Below are positions 29,093-39,351 of a DNA stretch of 64,000 nt, piece after piece. The stretch lies in contig CAWKLN010000008.1 of NCBI GenBank assembly GCA_963850465.1, positions 14,313 to 78,312 on the forward strand. The letters run 5' to 3'. A model generated the notes under the pieces. That model was not told the origin of the DNA and ran no database searches. It saw only the letters and a program-made list of their open reading frames with translations. Numbering within the stretch: position 1 is the stretch's first letter; each line of letters begins with the position of its first letter. Origin of the DNA: an uncultured delta proteobacterium. GTDB lineage: Bacteria > Desulfobacterota > Desulfobacteria > Desulfobacterales > UBA5852. The position numbers and the translations under genes are program-made.

Positions 29093-30832
29093 TCACCGGA
29101 CCGTGGTCGCGACAGTGGCAGGGTCCGTCGCGACAATCATCAATTGTGGACGTTTGGATCCGTTCCATCGGTTCCAACGCAGGTGAAACGCCAGGCGTTC
29201 GTAACGTGTCGGCGGTTTCTGATCGGGTTGGATATTGAATTGAATGGCATGATAATCTGCCGTTGTCGTTTGATTCCGGGACCGCAGGATCATCTGGCGG
29301 TGGTGGCCTCCCACCACCCGGTGGGATTCGACCTCTATATCGCGGGCCAGGAAGAGCGGTTCCGGGGTTGCCTGCCCGAAGGGTTGAAGGGATTCTAATT
29401 GATCGAGCAGGTGGGGTGTGATCTGGTTAAGGGAAATTTCTGCATCGAGGGTCAGGTGCTGTCGATAGTCTTCCGGCCGGGTCTCTTCCGCCAAGTGCGC
29501 CTGCAACTGTTCCTCAAAGGCCTTGAGTCGATCGACACGCAGGGTAAGTCCGGCGGCCATGGCGTGTCCGCCAAAATGGTCCAGATGTGTTTCGCAGGAT
29601 GCCAACAGACGGTACAGATCGATACCGGGTATACTCCGGGCGGATCCGCGGGCCTGCGATCCGTTGTGTGCCAGCAGGATAACGGGTCGGGCGTGCTCAC
29701 GTGTGAGACGGGCGGCGACAATACCTAAAACCCCTTCGTGCCAGTTGCTTTCGGCCATGACCAGGGCCTGCCGCTCAAGGATGCTCGGATGCGCCGCAAT
29801 CCGTCGACGAATCTGGTCAATGATATCGGTTTCCATGTCTTGACGACGGGTGTTGAGCCGGTCCAGCGTTCGTGCCATGCGGGTGGCGCGCCGGGTGTTG
29901 CCTGTGGTCAATAGACGCAATGCCAGATTGGCGTGGGCCAACCGGCCGGCGGCATTGAGGCGTGGTGCCAGCCGGAAGGCAACATCATCCGATTCCACTT
30001 GGTCACCGGCGACCCGGCTGATATCCATCAGGGCTTTGATCCCGGGTCTTGATTTCATTGTGGCCAGACCGGCGCGGATGAAAGCACGATTTTCATCCAT
30101 CAGCGGCACCATATCGGCGATGGTCCCCAAGGCGACCAGATCGCAGTACTGCTTCAAATTCGGTTCCGGACGTCCCTGCCAGAATCCCCTGGCGCGGAGT
30201 TGGCGGCGTAATTCGATCACAAGATAGAAGGCCATGCCCACCCCGGCTAAATGATCGAGATCGGCGGTGCAATCATCGCGTTTCGGGTTGATTACGGCGA
30301 CGGCTTCGGGAAGGCGTGCGGACGGCAGGTGATGATCGGTAATGATCACATCTATTCCTTCAACAGCCGCAATTCGTACCGCTTCATGACTGGAAATGCC
30401 GCAGTCGACCGTGATAACAAGACGGTAGCCCCGGGGGAGGATCCTTTGCCGGATATGACGTGTCTGGAGCCCATAGCCTTCCTTGCGTCGATGGGGGATG
30501 TAGTGGGACACCCGGCCGCCGACCGTCTGCAGGAAATCCAACAGCAAGGCGGTCGCGGTCACACCATCCACATCATAATCGCCGAAAATCAGGATTTTTT
30601 CGTTTGCCGTAAGGGCCTGGATCAGGCGTTGGGCCGCCCGCTCGATATCCTTGATGGCGCCGGGGGGTTTGATATGACCCAGTGACGGCGCTAAAAAGGT
30701 CTTGGCCGCCTCAATTGAGGTGATCTGGCGGTTGACCAGTACGGCGGCAACCAGGGGGTCGATGGCCAGGGCGGAAGTCAGGCGCTGAACGGCGACAGGG
30801 TCTGGTTGAAGGATGTCCCAAATCATATTCAT
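29093..30832 (-). CDS. recJ: single-stranded-DNA-specific exonuclease RecJ
   Basis: DHH motifs: ILIFGDYDVDGVTA, ITVDCG, VIITDHH, GGHAMAAG (DHHA1). 579 aa. Confidence 0.93.
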   Translation of the reverse strand: MNMIWDILQPDPVAVQRLTSALAIDPLVAAVLVNRQITSIEAAKTFLAPSLGHIKPPGAIKDIERAAQRLIQALTANEKILIFGDYDVDGVTATALLLDFLQTVGGRVSHYIPHRRKEGYGLQTRHIRQRILPRGYRLVITVDCGISSHEAVRIAAVEGIDVIITDHHLPSARLPEAVAVINPKRDDCTADLDHLAGVGMAFYLVIELRRQLRARGFWQGRPEPNLKQYCDLVALGTIADMVPLMDENRAFIRAGLATMKSRPGIKALMDISRVAGDQVESDDVAFRLAPRLNAAGRLAHANLALRLLTTGNTRRATRMARTLDRLNTRRQDMETDIIDQIRRRIAAHPSILERQALVMAESNWHEGVLGIVAARLTREHARPVILLAHNGSQARGSARSIPGIDLYRLLASCETHLDHFGGHAMAAGLTLRVDRLKAFEEQLQAHLAEETRPEDYRQHLTLDAEISLNQITPHLLDQLESLQPFGQATPEPLFLARDIEVESHRVVGGHHRQMILRSRNQTTTADYHAIQFNIQPDQKPPTRYERLAFHLRWNRWNGSKRPQLMIVATDPATVATTVR

Positions 30833-30936
30833 CGCCGCGGCATATAGCGCATTACCTGGGTCTGGGCAACCTTTTCTTCCCGCCTGTTATAAGGCGTGAA
30901 AGCATTTGGGACGGGGGGTTGCCATGGGTTTGGGGG

Positions 30937-30964
30937 TTGCAAATGACGATCATATGGTTATATT
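30937..30964 (+). promoter_or_regulatory. candidate sigma-70 promoter for the DUF4911-miaB operon
   Basis: TTGCAA-N16-TATATT. The -35 element lies inside the second of two GGGGGTTGC direct repeats (30914-30922 and 30932-30940). Confidence 0.35.
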
Positions 30965-31124
30965 CAGCAACCTTTAAAGACGGTTTCGTAAAAAGTCCGA
31001 TATCAGCGTTACGCGTATCCCTCGTCATTGCGGCGTACCGTAAGTGCGCTGCCTTCGTAACCCGCGATAGCGGTATTTCTCAGGATTCGCAAGCCGTATC
31101 GCAAACATTTTACGCAACCGTTGC

Positions 31125-31472
31125 ATGACTATATACGAGCCCATCTATAAATCTTCAGGAAAATGGATTTTGGCGCAAACAACCCCCATCGACCGTGAGG
31201 ACCTCACGCAGCCAGCGACCGCGTTGCATACCACGCAACGCTACTTTCGGGTCAATCGTCGGGATATCAGCTATTTGCGGTTTATTTTGGAGGCCTATGA
31301 GGGTGTGGCCGTCTTGACGACCGTAGACCCGGGGGACGGCATTGTGAAAGTTGTGATCGCGCCTGGCAGCGAGCGTGTGGTGGCTGGGGTGCTGGACGCC
31401 ATGTGCGCCAGCCGGGATATTCTGATAGAGCCGTTGCCGGATCCCCCGTCCGCGGTCCGAGGTGGCGTGTGA
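31125..31472 (+). CDS. DUF4911 domain protein
   Basis: RRDISYLRFILEAYEGVAVLTTVDPGDGIVKVVIAPG matches my recollection of the DUF4911 signature, and the family commonly precedes miaB. The start is uncertain. Confidence 0.65.
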   Translation: MTIYEPIYKSSGKWILAQTTPIDREDLTQPATALHTTQRYFRVNRRDISYLRFILEAYEGVAVLTTVDPGDGIVKVVIAPGSERVVAGVLDAMCASRDILIEPLPDPPSAVRGGV

Positions 31473-32884
31473 GAAATCAGAAACTTTACATCAACACCAT
31501 TGGTTGCCAGATGAATGTTTACGACTCGGACCGGATCGCCCGGGCGTTGGAGCCCGGCGGATATCGCCAAACCGACACTCTCGAAGAGGCGGACCTGGTC
31601 ATTGTCAATACCTGTGCCATTCGGGCCAAAGCAGAACAGAAAGCGTTCAGCTTTATCGGTCGTCTGGCGCGCATGAAGCGGCAAAACCCGAACCTCTTGA
31701 TCGGTGTCGGCGGTTGTGTCGCCCAGCAGGAGGGGGAGGCCATCCTGTCGCGCATGCCCCACGTGGATCTTGTTTTCGGCACCCACGCCATCCCACGCCT
31801 GCCACGTATCGTGGACCAGGCCAAGACACGCCGGATCAGGGTGGTGGATGTGGAACAATCCGATGGGATCAATGAAATCGATTTGACGGCAGGATTCCAT
31901 AGCGATGGTCAGGTATCTCGATTTGTGACGATTATGCAGGGCTGCGACAACTACTGCTCCTACTGTGTGGTGCCCTATGTCCGGGGGGCGGAGATGAGCC
32001 GCCATCCCGACATGATCCTGTCGGAAATTGAAACCTTGGTCCGGGATGGCGTGCGGGAGGTCACGTTGCTGGGTCAGAACGTCAACAGCTACGGCCGTAA
32101 GGAAGGGCTGCCATCGTTTGCCGCGCTTTTGGAAAGGGTAAACGGCATTGAAGGCTTGCGCCGGATTCGGTTTACGACCTCGCATCCCAAAGACCTGTCG
32201 GATGATCTCATGGGCGCTTTCGGGAAACTGGCCAAGCTTTGTCCCCATATCCATCTACCGGTGCAGTCCGGTTCCGACCCGGTACTCAAGCGGATGAATC
32301 GCAAGTACACCCGCCAGGTATACCTGGACCGCATCGAACGTCTCCGGAGCATAAGGCCGGACATTGCGGTCACATCGGATTTCATCGTTGGCTTCCCTGG
32401 GGAGTCGCGGGCGGATTTTGAGGAGACCCTGGCACTGATGGAGACGGTGGCCTTCGACAGTATTTTTGCGTTTATGTATTCCGACCGCGAGATTGCTCCG
32501 GCGTCGCATTTTAAGAACAAGGTTGACGAAGACGAAATAAAAGCGAGACTCCAGACACTCCTCGCAACCCAGGAGACGATCACATTGCGAAAAAACCGGG
32601 CGCTGGTCGGCACCTGCCAGGAAATCATGGTGGAGGGCAACAGCACCCGCCCCGGCCTGGCGGAATCCATCGATGACGGACCCCAATGGTCCGGGCGAAC
32701 ACCGGGGAATAAAATTGTCAATTTCAGCCTGGGCCGGGATGTCGATCCGAAGGAAGCCCTTCAACTCGGCCAAATGGTCGCGGTGCGCATTGAAAAGGCT
32801 TACGCGCACTCGTTGCGGGGCGAATTGGTGCGGCAAGAACCGTCAAAGGGTTGCCTAAGAGGGGAAGAATGCCATGCTGCTTAA
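31469..32884 (+). CDS. miaB: tRNA-2-methylthio-N6-dimethylallyladenosine synthase
   Basis: UPF0004 region LYINTIGCQMNVYDS...NTCAIR, radical-SAM CDNYCSYCVVP, and a TRAM C-terminus. The probable GTG start at 31469 overlaps the DUF4911 stop (GTGTGA). Confidence 0.92.
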   Translation: MRNQKLYINTIGCQMNVYDSDRIARALEPGGYRQTDTLEEADLVIVNTCAIRAKAEQKAFSFIGRLARMKRQNPNLLIGVGGCVAQQEGEAILSRMPHVDLVFGTHAIPRLPRIVDQAKTRRIRVVDVEQSDGINEIDLTAGFHSDGQVSRFVTIMQGCDNYCSYCVVPYVRGAEMSRHPDMILSEIETLVRDGVREVTLLGQNVNSYGRKEGLPSFAALLERVNGIEGLRRIRFTTSHPKDLSDDLMGAFGKLAKLCPHIHLPVQSGSDPVLKRMNRKYTRQVYLDRIERLRSIRPDIAVTSDFIVGFPGESRADFEETLALMETVAFDSIFAFMYSDREIAPASHFKNKVDEDEIKARLQTLLATQETITLRKNRALVGTCQEIMVEGNSTRPGLAESIDDGPQWSGRTPGNKIVNFSLGRDVDPKEALQLGQMVAVRIEKAYAHSLRGELVRQEPSKGCLRGEECHAA

Positions 32885-33371
32885 AGCCGTCATTGCCGGC
32901 ATGACCATGGATCCGGCCACGAACACACCCATCATTATTCTCAAAACGGAGGAGGGCGATCAGACCGTGCCGATCTGGATCGGATTGCTGGAAGCAACGT
33001 CGATTGCATCGGCGCTGCAGAATATTAAATTCGACCGGCCCATGACCCACGATCTGTTTAAAAAATTTATCGAGATGCAGGGCATTTCGGTAAGCAGTAT
33101 TGAAATTTGCGACCTGCAGGATAACACCTTCTATGCCAGGATCAATTTCTTGTCCCAGGACCGGCAGTTCAGTATGGACGCTCGTCCCAGCGATGCGATC
33201 GGCATTGCGCTGCGTTTCGAGGCCCCCATTTTTATTGATCAGGACGTTATCGCCAAAGCCCGCCCCTTTGAGGCGGATGCCGAAGCCTCGGATGACAGCG
33301 AGGAGGGGCGCAAATGGAAAGAATACCTTCAGAATCTTTCACCGGAAGATTTCGGTAAGTACAAGGTATAA
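32874..33371 (+). CDS. bifunctional nuclease family protein (DUF151/BFN)
   Basis: PIIILKTEEGDQTVPIWIGLLEATSIASAL...RPMTHDL, followed by an acidic tail. Overlaps the miaB end by 11 nt. Confidence 0.8.
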   Translation: MLLKAVIAGMTMDPATNTPIIILKTEEGDQTVPIWIGLLEATSIASALQNIKFDRPMTHDLFKKFIEMQGISVSSIEICDLQDNTFYARINFLSQDRQFSMDARPSDAIGIALRFEAPIFIDQDVIAKARPFEADAEASDDSEEGRKWKEYLQNLSPEDFGKYKV

Positions 33372-33529
33372 AGGGCTCCACGTCTGCGCTGCGACGCGGA
33401 TGTATGATATTCTTCAGCCAGCCACCGGGTCGCCTTCGGAAAGCCCCGCCCGTCTTCCAATTCACCACGCCGAGTACGATTAAAAAACGTATATATGGTA
33501 GGATAATATTTTCCCTCCACAATATGTAG

Positions 33530-33558
33530 TTGACAGGAAATTGGTTTTCCGCTATCAG
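33530..33558 (+). promoter_or_regulatory. candidate sigma-70 promoter for the receiver gene
   Basis: TTGACA-N17-TATCAG, ~50 nt upstream of the ATG at 33608. Confidence 0.3.
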
Positions 33559-33607
33559 TCCTTGCCATCCAGTGCCCTCACCATGCTTACAACCGACGTG
33601 GAGCAAG

Positions 33608-33970
33608 ATGGAATCCGTTCTGATCATCGATGACGAACAGTCGATCCTGCAAGTATTCGACTATGCCTTGTCACGCTGCGGGTTTGACGTGGAAACGGCC
33701 GCTGACGGACGCGAAGGCCTCCAGAAGTTTTTAAGCGGGCGATTTGATTTGGTCGTTACGGATGTCTTGCTGCAGGGGATGGACGGGCGGGATGTCTTGA
33801 AATATATTCGCGGTTCCGAGAAGCGACAGACGCCGGTCATCGGGATGTCGGGTACGCCATGGCTCCTCGATGGCGCTGGTTTCGACCATGTGTTGGAAAA
33901 GCCGTTTTCCATCCACCGACTGGTTGAATCGGTCCATGGACTGATCAAGCGAGGCCTCCCCGAGGCCTGA
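33608..33970 (+). CDS. single-domain response regulator (CheY-like receiver)
   Basis: MESVLIIDDEQSI...DLVVTDVLLQGMDG...VLEKPF. No output domain. The internal ATG at 33608 fits the receiver fold start. Confidence 0.85.
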   Translation: MESVLIIDDEQSILQVFDYALSRCGFDVETAADGREGLQKFLSGRFDLVVTDVLLQGMDGRDVLKYIRGSEKRQTPVIGMSGTPWLLDGAGFDHVLEKPFSIHRLVESVHGLIKRGLPEA

Positions 33971-34000
33971 TTTCCTCCTTTTCATCTCGGGTTACGATTC

Positions 34001-34108
34001 GCCTTCCCATTGGAATATCCCTTCCGGTCCCGCTCGGCACTGACCTTAGCTGTTTTGAACAGCGTCGGGGCTTGCCGTGGTCCCGCTCAGTCCCCGGCCT
34101 TCCCATTG
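34001..34108. repeat. two pairs of short direct repeats in mirror order in a convergent intergenic region
   Basis: GCCTTCCCATTG occurs at 34001-34012 and 34097-34108 (12/12). GGTCCCGCTC(G/A)G occurs at 34026-34037 and 34079-34090 (11/12). A small hairpin GCTGTT-TTG-AACAGC (34049-34063) sits between them. Confidence 0.4.
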
Positions 34109-34122
34109 CCTCCGGTCGGGAT

Positions 34123-35322
34123 TCAGTAGCAAAACTGGCCGTTCTCGTAGATCGTGACGGTTTGCCCGCCCTTGAGACGAGCGGTTACCCGCTTGCGTTC
34201 GGTGTTCACCAAATCCCAGTGTAGGGCCGAAGTATTGAACCCCAGTTCTTTTTTCTTCAGCGGGGAGAGATCCGTAGCTGATCCCCGAAAGGTATCGCTG
34301 TAGGACGATCCCAGGGCGATGTGGCAATTGCCCTGGGGGCCGCCGAAGTTTTCGTCGTACAGCGTGTTGGCCATGAACCTGGTAATCTTCGAAAAACGTC
34401 GGTCGGTCAGTGAAAATTCACCCACCCGGGACGCGCCGGGGTCCATGGCCAGTTGCTGGCGCAGGAACGACGCCCCTTGTTCGGCCCGCGCCGAGGCGAC
34501 CCGCCCCTTTTTGAATTCAAGTGTCACACCTTCAACGTAATTGCCGCTACGGTAGGATGGCTGATTGGCGTAGTAGACCCCCCGAGTCCCACGCCAATCG
34601 GGTGATGTGAACAACTCAAAGCTGGGAATATTATGACCGGACAACCCGATCCATTGCCGTTGGGCGCCGGGGGTGATCCATAAATCGGTTTTTTCCGACA
34701 TGACGTGGTAGCTGCGGACATCCATGCGGTTCAACCATCGTTTGAGGGTGACGGCGTTGCGAAAAATTTCCTGCCAGTGTTCCAGCGGCCGGGTGCGGTT
34801 CAGGAAACAGGCCTTGATCACCTGGGCGGTATATTCAGGCAGTGTCAGACCGGACTGACGGGCCAATTCAGGGGTCGGCACCATGCACAACGTCCAGCCG
34901 AACAGCCCCTGGTCGTCCCGTTGGTCCAGGATATCCCGCAATGGTTTGCGGGCCAGCGCCGTGCGGCCGATCCGCTTGGGGTCGATACCGCTCAGGTGGG
35001 TGATGGATTCGGGTGCAAAAAGAAAGATGCTGCCGTTGAGGTGATTGAGAAGCGTTTCTTCGCCCGGGGGAATAAACGTTAATTGCCGAGAGGTGGCTAT
35101 CCGGTAAAAATCGGTTTCCATGGCCGGGGTCGGCATAGCGCGTATCACCGGGTGTATCCCCATTTCAAGCAGTCGCGCCTGAAGGCGCTCGGCCAGAGGC
35201 CGGGCGGGCAAATCGTAGCGCAACAGAACAACGTCGTTTTTTTTGAAACGGTGTTTACGGGCCTTCTGAAGCGCCCACATCATGACGTCGGCATAACGCT
35301 GCCATTGTTTGTTTGTCAGCAA
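34123..35322 (-). CDS. aminopeptidase, M29 (AmpS/PepS) family
   Basis: 399 aa. GNCHIALGSSY and SALHWDLV near the C-terminus are typical of M29 thermophilic metalloproteases. Confidence 0.7.
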   Translation of the reverse strand: MLTNKQWQRYADVMMWALQKARKHRFKKNDVVLLRYDLPARPLAERLQARLLEMGIHPVIRAMPTPAMETDFYRIATSRQLTFIPPGEETLLNHLNGSIFLFAPESITHLSGIDPKRIGRTALARKPLRDILDQRDDQGLFGWTLCMVPTPELARQSGLTLPEYTAQVIKACFLNRTRPLEHWQEIFRNAVTLKRWLNRMDVRSYHVMSEKTDLWITPGAQRQWIGLSGHNIPSFELFTSPDWRGTRGVYYANQPSYRSGNYVEGVTLEFKKGRVASARAEQGASFLRQQLAMDPGASRVGEFSLTDRRFSKITRFMANTLYDENFGGPQGNCHIALGSSYSDTFRGSATDLSPLKKKELGFNTSALHWDLVNTERKRVTARLKGGQTVTIYENGQFCY

Positions 35323-35520
35323 AAGAATCTCCCCTATTCACAAAGTGGGTTAGTGGGTGTCCATCCATGACCGCTTGTGATCCGGGCCGGCGGTCTCACG
35401 GTTTGGCAACCCCGCGATGAAGCATAGCTGCGTACGCAATCGCTCCGATCGCCACGGCACGGGTATAATAGACCACAGCTGCCGTGGTTTGAGCGACAAT
35501 TTATCCTAATTTATGGATCT

Positions 35521-35769
35521 CTATCGATCTTTCAGGAACAGCTGATGGTACTCATTTTCATTCAGATGGTTCTGCAAAAGACGGCTGAGGGTATCGAAGA
35601 CGTCTTGCCGTTCTTCATCCGTCATTCGCTGGACCAGTGTTCGGGCAAGCGTGTCGTCGGATATCTTCTGAAGATAGTAAATAAGGGTGTTCTCATCAGC
35701 GTCGCGATCCAGTCCGAAACCGACAAAGCCCTCAAAGGTTTCGACAAAACGATGGGCGTGTTTCGCCAT
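35521..35769 (-). CDS. small hypothetical protein (82 aa)
   Basis: ORF from MAKHAHRFVETFEG... with helical character. The longer ORF-track start adds a hydrophobic stretch of doubtful reality. Confidence 0.45.
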   Translation of the reverse strand: MAKHAHRFVETFEGFVGFGLDRDADENTLIYYLQKISDDTLARTLVQRMTDEERQDVFDTLSRLLQNHLNENEYHQLFLKDR

Positions 35770-35933
35770 GTATGGTATAGATCCTTTCCTGTTGTGAGGG
35801 TATTGCCCTGATAAAAATGTCGTTGCCAGGATGATCACCATAAAGCACGTGCGGGTGGCGGTCAATGCCTGCCGGGCGTCGATAACCGGCCGAGGCCGGA
35901 TTTCTGCAAACGACCTAGGAGATTGATAGGACG

Positions 35934-36839
35934 ATGGTTCTGAATTTCGACACCTTCAAGACCCGTGACCACCTTGCGGTCCGCTGGGGATTTGCGCCTG
36001 CGGCAGATTCGCCGGCCCGTGGGACGGTGCTGTTTTTCAACGGGCGTACCGAGTATATGGAAAAATACGCCGAGGTCGTCGAAGAACTGAACCAGAGAGG
36101 CTTCGAGGTATACAGTTGTGACTGGCGGGGACAAGGTCTTTCGGACCGGATGTTGGCCGACAGCCAGAAGGGCTATGTCGGGTGTTTCGAAGACTATCTG
36201 GACGATTTGGATCCGTTGATGGCCATTCTTCAAAGTCGTCGCGCCCCTTCACCCTTCATCCTTCTGGGCCATTCCATGGGAGGCCATATCGCCATACGGT
36301 TTCTCGAACGCTATCCCGAGCGTTTTGCCCGGGTCATCTTGACGGCACCGATGATCGATATCCAGTTGCCGAGGTTTTTACCGCGCGCATTGCTGCGTTG
36401 GCTCGCGCGCACCGCCGTTCGGAAAGGACTGCAAGGCGCCTATGTCCTGGGGGCCGGAGGCATTAATGCCCGGGATCGCCGATTCGAGGGAAATCCCCTG
36501 ACATCGGATCGCCTTCGGTTTGAGCGCAACGTGGCCATGCTTCAGCGCGATCCTCGATTGGCGGTGGGGGGGGTGACCTACGGCTGGCTCGACGCGGCCA
36601 TGCAGTCCATCGACCGTGCCGCCGCACCGGCTTTCACCCGCGCCCTCCGGGTGCCATTCCTGATGGTCACCGCCGCGGAAGATCAGATCGTATGCCGCCG
36701 TGCTCAGGAACAATTTTGCCGCCATGTGGCTGACTGCCGTATCGTTTGCATCGAAGGGGCCCGCCATGAACTGCTGGTGGAGACGGATGCCCGGCGGGCC
36801 CAATTCTGGAACGCCTTTGATCGTTTTGTCGACGAATGA
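35934..36839 (+). CDS. alpha/beta hydrolase (lysophospholipase-like)
   Basis: Nucleophile elbow GHSMGGHIA and a C-terminal GARHELL His motif. 301 aa. Confidence 0.8.
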   Translation: MVLNFDTFKTRDHLAVRWGFAPAADSPARGTVLFFNGRTEYMEKYAEVVEELNQRGFEVYSCDWRGQGLSDRMLADSQKGYVGCFEDYLDDLDPLMAILQSRRAPSPFILLGHSMGGHIAIRFLERYPERFARVILTAPMIDIQLPRFLPRALLRWLARTAVRKGLQGAYVLGAGGINARDRRFEGNPLTSDRLRFERNVAMLQRDPRLAVGGVTYGWLDAAMQSIDRAAAPAFTRALRVPFLMVTAAEDQIVCRRAQEQFCRHVADCRIVCIEGARHELLVETDARRAQFWNAFDRFVDE

Positions 36840-36875
36840 TGTGTCACCGGCCGCTAGTGACCGAATCGTGCCGGG

Positions 36876-37670
36876 CTAGGGTTTGATACAGGCCCGGCAG
36901 AAGGTTTGAACGGCGTCCAGATAGGCTTTCATCCCGCGAAGAAAAATATCGTTGTGATTGGCACCGGGAATTTTCACGTGACTTTTCGCCTGCGCCGGGG
37001 ATGCCGCGAAGAGCGCCTCACTGTCGGCATACGGGATAATGTGGTCATACTCGGCGTGAATGATCAGGGTGGGGCCCGGGTAACTTCTTATTTTATCCAG
37101 ATTGGCAAAGCCCGCCCTCTCATCGAAGCCGATGCGTTCCGGATCGATACCCAGCAGGCGCAGCAAAGGGGCGGCATAGGCGAAACCGCTTTCGAGAATG
37201 AGGCCGTGGATGCGATCCGGATAAGCGGCGGCCAGTTCCAATACGGAAGCGCTGCCGAGAGAGCGTCCCATGAGGATCAGCGGGCCGGAATAGTTGTTCC
37301 GACGGAGCCAGTCTTCACCAAAAGACAGGATTCGGTGACAGTCCGCCATCATGGCGGAGACGCTGGGGGTTCCGCTGGAGCGGCCGTACCCCCGGTAGTC
37401 CACGGCCAGCAGGTTGATGCCCAGTGAATTATAGAGCGGACCTAATTCATCGTAATCCGCCACGATTTCGCCGTTGCCGTGGAAGAAGAGGAGGTTGGGA
37501 CCGGTGACGGGACCCATATGCCATCGGGCGCCGATCGTTTGGTCCGTTGCGACGGGAATCAACAGGTCATGGGCGGGTCCGGCCTCGACGCCGGCCGGTT
37601 CGCGACGCGGGTGAAAAAGCGTTGCCAGGACATCCGGGCGATCCAATAGGGTGTAATCCGGAGATGACAT
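36876..37670 (-). CDS. alpha/beta hydrolase
   Basis: FFHGNGE, nucleophile elbow GRSLGSASV, and GANHNDI. The start is taken at MSSPDYT (37670); the ORF extends to 37748. Confidence 0.75.
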   Translation of the reverse strand: MSSPDYTLLDRPDVLATLFHPRREPAGVEAGPAHDLLIPVATDQTIGARWHMGPVTGPNLLFFHGNGEIVADYDELGPLYNSLGINLLAVDYRGYGRSSGTPSVSAMMADCHRILSFGEDWLRRNNYSGPLILMGRSLGSASVLELAAAYPDRIHGLILESGFAYAAPLLRLLGIDPERIGFDERAGFANLDKIRSYPGPTLIIHAEYDHIIPYADSEALFAASPAQAKSHVKIPGANHNDIFLRGMKAYLDAVQTFCRACIKP

Positions 37671-37790
37671 ACGATTTATATGGCTCCTTTCCTGTGGGAC
37701 GGCCTGCGGTGATTGCCATTCGTGGCGTTTAAAGCGCTTCCCAAGCAACGCAGGCCGTCTACGGCTGCGTTTTCCGCATCAGTTGAAGAC

Positions 37791-39281
37791 TCAGCGATAC
37801 TCGAATGTGTTGTCGAACAGCTGCGGGTCGTCAAAATGGGCGCGTCCGACCATCTTGATGGCGTGGTGTCCGCGTTGTCGCATGCTGCCGACATTCGGTA
37901 TGCCCATCGAAAAAAAGAGGGCCGGTTCGACCCGGTCCGACCCCCATGCGATCCCGTCCGCATTAAACATGCTGCGGTGCTGTCCATTTTCATCGGCCAG
38001 CATCTCCAGTTCATGATAAGGCCGCAATTCGTAGGGCACGGTCTTTTCGACGGTGTTGTCGGCCGCGATGTGCTGGACCTGATGCCAGCCCGAACTGACC
38101 ATGAGCTGCAGCCTCCGGTCGGGGAACTGATCCGGCAGCCAGGCCGGTACCAGAGGATCCAGCCCTAAAGATGGCGTCTGCACACTGCGGATGCGCGACT
38201 GGTTGGGTACGAAAAAATGATAGCAACCGCAGTTGTTCATGATGTCCAGCATGACGGGACGCCCGGCATGGTCGAGACTGATGCGCACCGTTAACCCGTC
38301 CAGCCGTCCCCACTCGATCCAGGGGGCATTGTCCCCCGCACGATGGGAATACCAGAAGACAAAATTGATTTGGAGGCTGGGGCGGTTGTTGAAGAGACCG
38401 TGGCTGAGATAATAGTAACCGGTGGGCATGTCGTGCGCAATGGTCGGTTCTCCATTTGACCATTGCACTTGTCCGATCCGATCGTAGCCCGCCGCAGTAT
38501 CCTGAACAATGGTGGGCGCCAGCGCATCGATCAGGCGCTGTTCATCTTGAGGGGCCAAGCGGGGCAGCCCCAGGGCGTCCCTGGGGGATGCTTGGTAAAG
38601 CGTCACCGGATCGATTCGGTTGTCAGCGTTGTGGCCGGCGGGGCGGTATACGACCGGTTGGCCGACCCTGGCGAGTTTTTCGGGGGGCATGGCGTGCCAT
38701 GCACGGAATTCATCGAAGGCGTTGGCGCTGGCGTAAGCCACCGGTAGCGCCACCAAAGGATAAAGGCCTACCACGCGGCGCCACGTCCGATATTCTGCCG
38801 GGATATCAATGGCGTCATGCACGTCTTCGGCCAGATCTTGTTGATCGGCGCTGTTGAGAAACAGGCGTTCGGAACAGGCACAGACCGCTTCGATGAATGT
38901 TCTGCGGTCCGTCAGATGACGGGATTGGTTCACCAACTGCTGGAACTGATTTTGGTTCAGATTCAGGATTTCCTTTTGGCGTGCTTCCAGATCAAGTTGG
39001 TTCATGTCCTCAAGCCATCGGCGGATGGCCGGGGGGCTGTTCTCCGTTGCGGCCATTTCCGCCAGGAAACGGTTGGTGCGAAGATAGGAGAAGCCTTTCA
39101 CCCGGAACACAGACGTATCCGTCGTTTCTGCGTCGACAACGGCCCGATCCACCTGGGACAGCAATTGCTGACAGTTTTCGATGGGCGACAGGGCGTCCGG
39201 TTGGCCGACGCGTTGGGTGGATTGGCAGCCAAAAACCAGCAATGCCAATGCCGTCAGGATGGAAAGATGGATTCGGCGCAT
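37791..39281 (-). CDS. hypothetical lipoprotein (496 aa)
   Basis: Signal plus lipobox MRRIHLSILTALALLVFGC. I recognise no other family motif. Confidence 0.6.
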   Translation of the reverse strand: MRRIHLSILTALALLVFGCQSTQRVGQPDALSPIENCQQLLSQVDRAVVDAETTDTSVFRVKGFSYLRTNRFLAEMAATENSPPAIRRWLEDMNQLDLEARQKEILNLNQNQFQQLVNQSRHLTDRRTFIEAVCACSERLFLNSADQQDLAEDVHDAIDIPAEYRTWRRVVGLYPLVALPVAYASANAFDEFRAWHAMPPEKLARVGQPVVYRPAGHNADNRIDPVTLYQASPRDALGLPRLAPQDEQRLIDALAPTIVQDTAAGYDRIGQVQWSNGEPTIAHDMPTGYYYLSHGLFNNRPSLQINFVFWYSHRAGDNAPWIEWGRLDGLTVRISLDHAGRPVMLDIMNNCGCYHFFVPNQSRIRSVQTPSLGLDPLVPAWLPDQFPDRRLQLMVSSGWHQVQHIAADNTVEKTVPYELRPYHELEMLADENGQHRSMFNADGIAWGSDRVEPALFFSMGIPNVGSMRQRGHHAIKMVGRAHFDDPQLFDNTFEYR

Positions 39282-39351
39282 GCGATCCTCTGAGTGTTAT
39301 GACGTCATGGTGAAGCCCGGTGGTATCCTTGTGCATCCGCGGGGGTCGGCA

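Noticed and set aside
31295-32254. 319-aa minus-strand ORF inside miaB
   Set aside because: It is antisense to a gene with radical-SAM and TRAM signatures, so it is treated as a shadow ORF.
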